The position numbers and the translations under genes were made by a program. Shown here one piece after another: positions 58,772 to 64,000 of a stretch of 64,000 nucleotides of DNA. Source of the stretch: a virus. Each line of letters begins with the position of its first letter. Within the stretch, counting starts at the first letter, position 1. The notes beneath the pieces are model-generated. The model did no database searches. It was not told the origin of the DNA and saw only the letters and a program-made list of their open reading frames with translations. Location: the IMG/VR virus record IMGVR_UViG_3300021197_001787, positions 130,232 through 194,231 of that record; one strand, given 5' to 3'.

Positions 58772-59320
58772 TTACGATTCCTTTTTTCTAGAATCGTTAT
58801 CTGGACGTTTGCCGCCTTTACCGTTCCAACCACCTTGGTCAAGGAACTTTTTAAAGCTGTCTTCTAATCGGTCTTCAGAAGGTACATTATGTGTCATGTC
58901 TTCAGATAGACCACCAATCTTGTAGTGCATTGCTGCAGTTACCCAGCTTCTAACTCTAGAGCTGTTTTCAACACGAACATCTATCTCGCCCTGCTTTGTG
59001 AGTGTGACACCAGAGCCAGTAATCTTTTTATATTCTTTCTTCAAAAACTTAACGACATCGGCAATTCTCTGCTCTACTTCTTGTTCAAAACCATTAGCAT
59101 ATACTTCGCGTAACTGTACTTCTGAATGATATCCGAGACACATCATATTACCATTAAAGTTAATATTAAATCCATCCATGACTCTCTTGTCGATTAAAGG
59201 ACGACCTTCTTCGCGTTGAAGCCCAACCTTCACGGCTTCTCCATTTTCGTCTAATGCTCCATCATAGCCATTAGCTGCGGCCTGCGATAAGCCTTGTATA
59301 ATTTCGTAAACTGTTGCCAT
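58772..59320 (-). CDS. hypothetical protein
   Basis: 182-aa ORF coupled to neighbours. Confidence 0.7.
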   Translation of the reverse strand: MATVYEIIQGLSQAAANGYDGALDENGEAVKVGLQREEGRPLIDKRVMDGFNINFNGNMMCLGYHSEVQLREVYANGFEQEVEQRIADVVKFLKKEYKKITGSGVTLTKQGEIDVRVENSSRVRSWVTAAMHYKIGGLSEDMTHNVPSEDRLEDSFKKFLDQGGWNGKGGKRPDNDSRKKES

Positions 59321-59925
59321 TACTGGTCTCCTTTCGTTTTCTTGTACTGTAAATAGTGTTTAACTGAAGAAAGGTAATCAGATGCTTTAGTGATTTTAGC
59401 TTGCACCCAAGCGTCTAATTCTTCCCCGTCTTGAATCATTTGTTCCAATTCTGATGCATATTCTGCTGTCCGGTATAATTGAGACTTGGCCATCTGTGAT
59501 TCATCTTGGTCATAACCACTACTCATTTGTGGGGATGGTTGTGCGGCTGGGAGTTGCGGGTCGCCACAGCCCTCAGTCTGCACTTGTGGTTTGGCCGCGG
59601 CCACTGCCGCTGACTTTAATGTAGTACCAGCGCCTTGCCCGGTCATCCTTGTTCTATTTTTCTTGACGTCCAGGCCGGCCGGTTCAGACTTTAACCTAGT
59701 TTGTAAAATATTGAAAACTTTTTGAATAATAGGGCGTTTCGTATTAAGATCAAGACCTGGCTGCGCAGCTAAATCGAGCATGAACTGATTAATTTGAGTA
59801 GCAATACCTTGCTCTGCTGAGTTGACATCACCTTTTTCAGTGGGCGGTGGGGTTTCTGTGGCTTGTTGATTCTCATCCAAAGCCTCCAGTATTGCTTGTC
59901 TTATATCATTTTTGGTTATCTTCAT
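59320..59925 (-). CDS. internal-head-like protein
   Basis: Leader MKITKNDIRQAILEAL; C-terminal MAKSQLY...WVQAKITKASDYL. Confidence 0.65.
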   Translation of the reverse strand: MKITKNDIRQAILEALDENQQATETPPPTEKGDVNSAEQGIATQINQFMLDLAAQPGLDLNTKRPIIQKVFNILQTRLKSEPAGLDVKKNRTRMTGQGAGTTLKSAAVAAAKPQVQTEGCGDPQLPAAQPSPQMSSGYDQDESQMAKSQLYRTAEYASELEQMIQDGEELDAWVQAKITKASDYLSSVKHYLQYKKTKGDQ

Positions 59926-60295
59926 TTGGGCGCCATCCTTTTAGCCATCTGTCTTCTCTTTGCTGTACATATTTGTAGTAGCATTTCTCGCAACATTCGA
60001 ATTTTACTAAACAAACATTGTCCATAGATTTTTTGGGGAATTCTCCACAAACAGGACAAGATTGAATAGATTCTCTATTAAGTAGTTTTTTTGATACCTT
60101 TATGCCATTTATATCTATTTTCTCGCTAGACTCTTCATTGCGTTTAGTTTTTTGGTATAGAGCTTTCATTTGCTCAAGATATTCTTTTTCTTTGTTCTCG
60201 TCCCAATTTGCCTTTGGATTTTGAATTGTTTCTTCGCCATACTTTTCAGCAATTGCTTTTTCTACAGCGGCTAGCTGATCATAATTTTTACTCAT
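59906..60295 (-). CDS. Zn-finger hypothetical protein
   Basis: CPVC...CCEKC. Confidence 0.7.
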   Translation of the reverse strand: MSKNYDQLAAVEKAIAEKYGEETIQNPKANWDENKEKEYLEQMKALYQKTKRNEESSEKIDINGIKVSKKLLNRESIQSCPVCGEFPKKSMDNVCLVKFECCEKCYYKYVQQREDRWLKGWRPNEDNQK

Positions 60296-60707
60296 TTATT
60301 GCTCTATACGCGCCATAAGAGGCTGCAGTGCCAATGAGGATCCCACCAGCAAAATACAACCATTTGTAACGGGGCGAAGTTTTTTTTAGTGAATTAGACA
60401 AAGCTTTAATTTCCATATCTTTCTGTATTATAAACAAATCGTATTCATCTGTTAAGGCTTTATGTTCTATTCCTAGATTTTCTAGCTTAAACTCGTACTC
60501 TTCCTTTTGAATCTTTAATTGATAGTCAGTTTTTATATCGCACGAATATTTGTATATGTCAAAGTCAGCTAGCATTTTTGCCATGGCTTTCTCATCAAAA
60601 AGCACACCAGCAAATGGGGCGGGCGCTTTGTACTCTAAAATGGTAAACTTTGCTGGCTCCGCAGCATTGGCCGTGAGACTAAACATTAAGAGTAATTTAA
60701 GGAGCAT
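60288..60707 (-). CDS. exported protein with C-terminal hydrophobic anchor (lysis-accessory candidate)
   Basis: Start moved to ATG 60707; signal MLLKLLLMFSLTANA, coiled coil, WLYFAGGILIGTAASYGAY. Confidence 0.55.
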   Translation of the reverse strand: MLLKLLLMFSLTANAAEPAKFTILEYKAPAPFAGVLFDEKAMAKMLADFDIYKYSCDIKTDYQLKIQKEEYEFKLENLGIEHKALTDEYDLFIIQKDMEIKALSNSLKKTSPRYKWLYFAGGILIGTAASYGAYRAINE

Positions 60708-61080
60708 ACTGGATACCAAACCTATTTTCTATGTCTATAATCAATTGTTCTCTATCTTGGTTGAACTTGTTTCTATACTCACCTTTCTTATCTTCTCTCA
60801 ATTGCTCAATCATTTCAAGAGCATTTTCGTAGTCCTCTTCAATGGCGGCAATGGATTCCATGTGCTCTTCCATTAGTTTCTGCTTCTTACGTATCTCTTG
60901 CTTATGAATTTCTTTCAAACCTTCAATTTGTGCTTCGTGAGAGTCCGACTGTATCTCATATGCCTGCTGCATTAAATGATGATCATATTTGCTTTTCATT
61001 GCTATAACGGCAGAAAGCAACACGATCAGTATTGCCTTCCAGTTTTTGAGCGCAAATTCAAGTATTGCAGCCTTAGTCAT
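60697..61080 (-). CDS. i-spanin-like protein
   Basis: Start moved to ATG 61080; single N-terminal TM then coiled coil. Confidence 0.5.
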   Translation of the reverse strand: MTKAAILEFALKNWKAILIVLLSAVIAMKSKYDHHLMQQAYEIQSDSHEAQIEGLKEIHKQEIRKKQKLMEEHMESIAAIEEDYENALEMIEQLREDKKGEYRNKFNQDREQLIIDIENRFGIQYAP

Positions 61081-61273
61081 TATAACCTCGCAATCTAGCA
61101 ATGCCATCAATAACTGTCTGGCCCCCAATATAGATTGCGGAGATGATTACCCAATCTTCACTGGTCACGTGTCCAGCAAGAGTGAGTCCTGTAGCTGTTA
61201 GCCATACCATTAATTTACGTGAAGTCAGTTTTGACAACCATGAATCCATAAATGCTTGTGCTTTTGCCATCAT
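61073..61273 (-). CDS. holin-like membrane protein
   Basis: 66 aa, dual MM start, SRKL then two hydrophobic segments, basic tail. Confidence 0.6.
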   Translation of the reverse strand: MMAKAQAFMDSWLSKLTSRKLMVWLTATGLTLAGHVTSEDWVIISAIYIGGQTVIDGIARLRGYND

Positions 61274-61286
61274 TGTTACCTCTCTT

Positions 61287-61583
61287 TTAATTAAGTTTTG
61301 CCAGCTTAGAAGCTAAGCTAGGAGTTTCTTTCTTGAACTGAGCTATGCAGCCTTTGATACTTTCTACATCTGCTGGGCCATCATACCAATCTACAAAAAC
61401 AGCAGCCATATCATATCGTACAATCCACTTCCTAGCTATACCAGCATCTTCACAAAGTTTTGTGAATATATCTGCAACTGCTTCAGGATCTGTTTCTTCC
61501 TCGACGTCGACCAGAGTGGATTCAATTTCTGCTGTAGCTGTTTTTTTCACCAGACCGGTCCATAGTCTTTTTAATAAATTCAT
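61287..61583 (-). CDS. hypothetical protein (after last repeat)
   Basis: SD AAGGA right after repeat copy 5. Confidence 0.7.
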   Translation of the reverse strand: MNLLKRLWTGLVKKTATAEIESTLVDVEEETDPEAVADIFTKLCEDAGIARKWIVRYDMAAVFVDWYDGPADVESIKGCIAQFKKETPSLASKLAKLN

Positions 61584-61618
61584 TATATTATTCCTTTTAA
61601 GTTGCTAATCCATTCATA

Positions 61619-61918
61619 CTATAATTTTTTCAAATCTGCAATTTCTTGATGTAAATTCATTACACCTTTAAAACTGCCGGGGTCAGCGTAAAGTGCTGCT
61701 GTAATAAGTGCCCAAGCCATACTGCCGACATCTTCTCCAAATACGTCCATTACCGTTTGGCGGGATGCATCCATAGCCATTTCATATGATTGTTGATCAT
61801 CTGCCCGTTCTGGGCTTTTCTCAAGATACGAATCTTCAATTTCTTCTTTAATAATATCTGTCTTCTCGTCCATAAAATAACGAGGATCAAATCTTCTTGT
61901 GTTTTTTCTTCTAGCCAT
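61619..61918 (-). CDS. cassette gene, hypothetical
   Basis: MARRKNTRRFDPRYFMDEK...IIKEE; between repeats. Confidence 0.75.
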   Translation of the reverse strand: MARRKNTRRFDPRYFMDEKTDIIKEEIEDSYLEKSPERADDQQSYEMAMDASRQTVMDVFGEDVGSMAWALITAALYADPGSFKGVMNLHQEIADLKKL

Positions 61919-61951
61919 TATAAATCTCCTATGTTGCTAATCCATTCATAC

Positions 61952-62305
61952 TTAAAATCTTTCCTGTCCGGGATCCGAGTCAGTAGCTAACATCTTTGTC
62001 AGCGCTGACATTATCTCTTGTTGCTGATCGGGAGGAAGCTGTAACATTTCACGCATAGATTTCATTATTGATCTTGCATCTTTGTTGTCGACCCTTCTGA
62101 GTCTTTCGATAAAATCTTCCATTACTCGGCTGATGGTGTCACTTGTTTCTTGATCCAAGGTGTCCCAGTCTAGCCCACCTTTATGGAAGGTGCCGCGGCG
62201 GGGCATTGCTGCATCGGCTTTGGATTGAGGGTGTGATTCTCCACCGTAGTAGTCTCTAAGCTCTTCTTTGATAATTTGTTTAAGCTGTTGTTTTGTAATT
62301 TTCAT
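61952..62305 (-). CDS. cassette gene with KITKQQLKQIIKEE leader
   Basis: SD supplied by repeat. Confidence 0.8.
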   Translation of the reverse strand: MKITKQQLKQIIKEELRDYYGGESHPQSKADAAMPRRGTFHKGGLDWDTLDQETSDTISRVMEDFIERLRRVDNKDARSIMKSMREMLQLPPDQQQEIMSALTKMLATDSDPGQERF

Positions 62306-62336
62306 AATAATCTCCTATGTTGCTAATCCATTCATA

Positions 62337-62696
62337 TTAGTATTTGTCTCTAATTGTTTTGTCTACTTTGGCGCGGAGGTAATCATCCCACCGATTAATT
62401 GCAGCAAGAAATGCATCATCGTCATTGCCTGCTGGCAATTCAATATATTTGCCATCTGGACTGTTGTAAGAGATTACATATTTTGGCCATTCGCCAATTA
62501 GTTTTATATTAGCTCTTTTTTTGTCGTCTTCGTCGAATTCGAATACCTTTTTATATTCTGATATTCCGAAATCACCCACTAATTCTACTAATTCATCTTG
62601 TTCCTCAACGGGGATATACCCCCGTGTTTTCTCTGCCTCTAAAGTATCGACGCCTTCAGTTATGTGCTTTCGCCAATTTTCAAATAGTTTGTTCAT
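62337..62696 (-). CDS. cassette gene with NKLFENWRKH leader
   Basis: Start moved to ATG 62696, which abuts the repeat (ATGA overlap). Confidence 0.75.
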   Translation of the reverse strand: MNKLFENWRKHITEGVDTLEAEKTRGYIPVEEQDELVELVGDFGISEYKKVFEFDEDDKKRANIKLIGEWPKYVISYNSPDGKYIELPAGNDDDAFLAAINRWDDYLRAKVDKTIRDKY

Positions 62697-62715
62697 GTTG
62701 CTAATCCATTCATGC

Positions 62716-62949
62716 TTATAATTCGTTCTCAAAGTCAATAACCGCTTCTTCAGCAGTTTGTAAAAGTCCTAAAAGCTTTTTATCTTTTATGTATCTGTTG
62801 CGTATGTAATCTGCAAGAGCTTCTATTGCGGCGGTGTGTGGATCTGCTACGGAACTTGTGGAACCTCCCGGCACCCCTAATCCATATTGACCTACCTCTG
62901 TTAACTCTTCTTTGATAATCTGTTTAAGTTGTTGCTTTGTAATCTTCAT
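62716..62949 (-). CDS. cassette gene with KITKQQLKQIIKEE leader
   Basis: Second ATG (62949) is 6 nt from AGGAG. Confidence 0.8.
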   Translation of the reverse strand: MKITKQQLKQIIKEELTEVGQYGLGVPGGSTSSVADPHTAAIEALADYIRNRYIKDKKLLGLLQTAEEAVIDFENEL

Positions 62950-62958
62950 CATAATCTC

Positions 62959-64000
62959 CTATGTTGCTAATCCATTCATACTTAGTATCGCAATCAAGCC
63001 GGGCACATTCTTTCTGACATAAACGCCAGAGAAAAGTGTCTCGCATCGACCGCCGACATAAGCGATTGCCGACTCAATATTTTTGCTGACCTTGGGATCT
63101 GCCACCATCTCTTCTGACACAACCAACACTAACGAACCTGCGGCTGCCTTCCCCTTCGGCGGGGGGCACGCTGACCTATTCATGCAGTTATGGAGAATCA
63201 CCGATCCAAGCTTAGCTGTATTTGGATCCTTTATCATAGTTGAGCCTAAGAAGGCACGACCGTCATTGCCCAAACATGTTTCCAAATCCTTGCTGTCAAA
63301 AGATTGGATCGGTGAATCCTCGGTGGAGAGCTTTAACACTTGGGCAAGTGACTTAGCAAAAGTTGTGTTGGCGACTGGGTACATGCCAAGCATGCCGATT
63401 CTGCCGCGCAGTAAGCGTGTAGCTCGTTCGTTATCTAAAACGATATGTGGGTGCTTGGCAACATCATTTGCCAGCGTCAACGCATTACGAGCGATTGTGG
63501 GGTTGAGGTTTTCTTGTGCTGTCGGCCAAGAGACTATATAAATGACTTTGCCAGTCGACTGCACAGAGCGCATGTAACGCTCAAAGACAGGGTGCAGAGC
63601 GGTAACACTACTACCGGTACCACCGCCACCGCCAGCAAGGACGAATAGCCAATCAACTTTACCGAGCTTGATACGCAGGGCATCTTCAACAATCGCGCCA
63701 TTTTGACTTAAAACCTCTTTTCCATAGTCTACGTTTTTTCCAATCCCGTCTGAATCGGGGATGAGGACAACGTGATCCTCTTCTACATTCTTGGGGATGT
63801 CTTTACCTGTTGAATTTACGAGTAGCGTCTTATTGAATCCAAGCTCAATAAACGCATTCGCCATTTTATTGCCTCCACCGCCGACACCGACAAAACCAAC
63901 ATTGATAGATGAGGGTGCTGTGTTCTCGGGGAGTAAATCTTCATCAGAGTATTCCATCTGTAATCCGAAGTCCTCAACCATACCGAAGTCTTCTGCATCC
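62959..64000 (-). CDS. tubulin/FtsZ-family GTPase (PhuZ/TubZ-like), 5' partial
   Basis: FVGVGGGGNKMA, signature AGGGGGTGSS, LDNE, T7-like FDSKD; frame open to 64000 (DAEDFGMVEDFG). Confidence 0.9.
   Translation of the reverse strand, partial: DAEDFGMVEDFGLQMEYSDEDLLPENTAPSSINVGFVGVGGGGNKMANAFIELGFNKTLLVNSTGKDIPKNVEEDHVVLIPDSDGIGKNVDYGKEVLSQNGAIVEDALRIKLGKVDWLFVLAGGGGGTGSSVTALHPVFERYMRSVQSTGKVIYIVSWPTAQENLNPTIARNALTLANDVAKHPHIVLDNERATRLLRGRIGMLGMYPVANTTFAKSLAQVLKLSTEDSPIQSFDSKDLETCLGNDGRAFLGSTMIKDPNTAKLGSVILHNCMNRSACPPPKGKAAAGSLVLVVSEEMVADPKVSKNIESAIAYVGGRCETLFSGVYVRKNVPGLIAILSMNGLAT

Larger units (their letters stand above)
61601..62979 (-). repeat. array of five identical 17-nt direct repeats ATGAATGGATTAGCAAC separating gene cassettes
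   Basis: Plus-strand cores at 61601-61617, 61933-61949, 62319-62335, 62697-62713, 62963-62979; three extend with ATAGGAGATT; last copy is the tubulin 3' end. Confidence 0.95.

Noticed and set aside
61601-62979. CRISPR array interpretation of the five repeats
   Set aside because: Repeat core is 17 nt, non-palindromic, spacers are 250-370 nt and each is a full gene; no cas genes in window
61287-62984. Integron with site-specific recombinase
   Set aside because: No tyrosine or serine recombinase in the window and repeats lack attC-like inverted structure
1-64000. Plus-strand ORFs in the track (e.g. 28111-29172, 24849-25379, 49768-50352, 40288-40818)
   Set aside because: Antisense shadows of well-supported minus-strand genes; no SD or motif support
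1-64000. Alternative genetic code
   Set aside because: Long conserved genes are intact under code 11 and end in TAA, TAG or TGA at expected positions
62959-64000. Phage nucleus inferred from tubulin
   Set aside because: No chimallin-like gene or multisubunit RNA polymerase recognised in the window; tubulin alone is insufficient

Overview
A 64-kb fragment of a large (probably jumbo) lytic myovirus genome. Every credible gene is on the minus strand and the standard code fits. Reading right to left in transcription order: (1) a tubulin/FtsZ-family gene, truncated at the window edge, followed by a repeat-delimited array of small gene cassettes; (2) a holin/spanin-like cluster; (3) a T4-like morphogenesis module (terminase, portal, prohead protease, scaffold, major capsid, neck, sheath, tube, chaperone, tape measure, baseplate) with a ribosomal bS21 homologue and four paralogous fibre genes; (4) a replication, repair and host-interaction module (short family-A polymerase, second divergent tubulin-fold gene, gp32-like SSB, RecA, UvdE, 5'-3' exonuclease, DnaB-like helicase, class II RNR, GroES, endolysin, DnaE, ClpP, J-domain protein, adenine methyltransferase). 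Two promoter classes are visible: sigma70-like TTGACA-N16/17-TANNNT in the replication half and a recurrent ACTATTTA motif before structural genes. The most unusual signals: five identical 17-nt repeats copied from the tubulin 3' end (each reading MNGLAT-stop) separating unrelated small genes, several with a shared capsid-targeting-like leader; three covarying H-type pseudoknot-like elements after the SSB gene; a surface protein with a Myxococcota-type GC-TM-RR sorting tail plus a 36-aa lipoprotein; and a U7 +1/-2 frameshift candidate in the tail chaperone. All product calls come from motif recognition; no database search was run.
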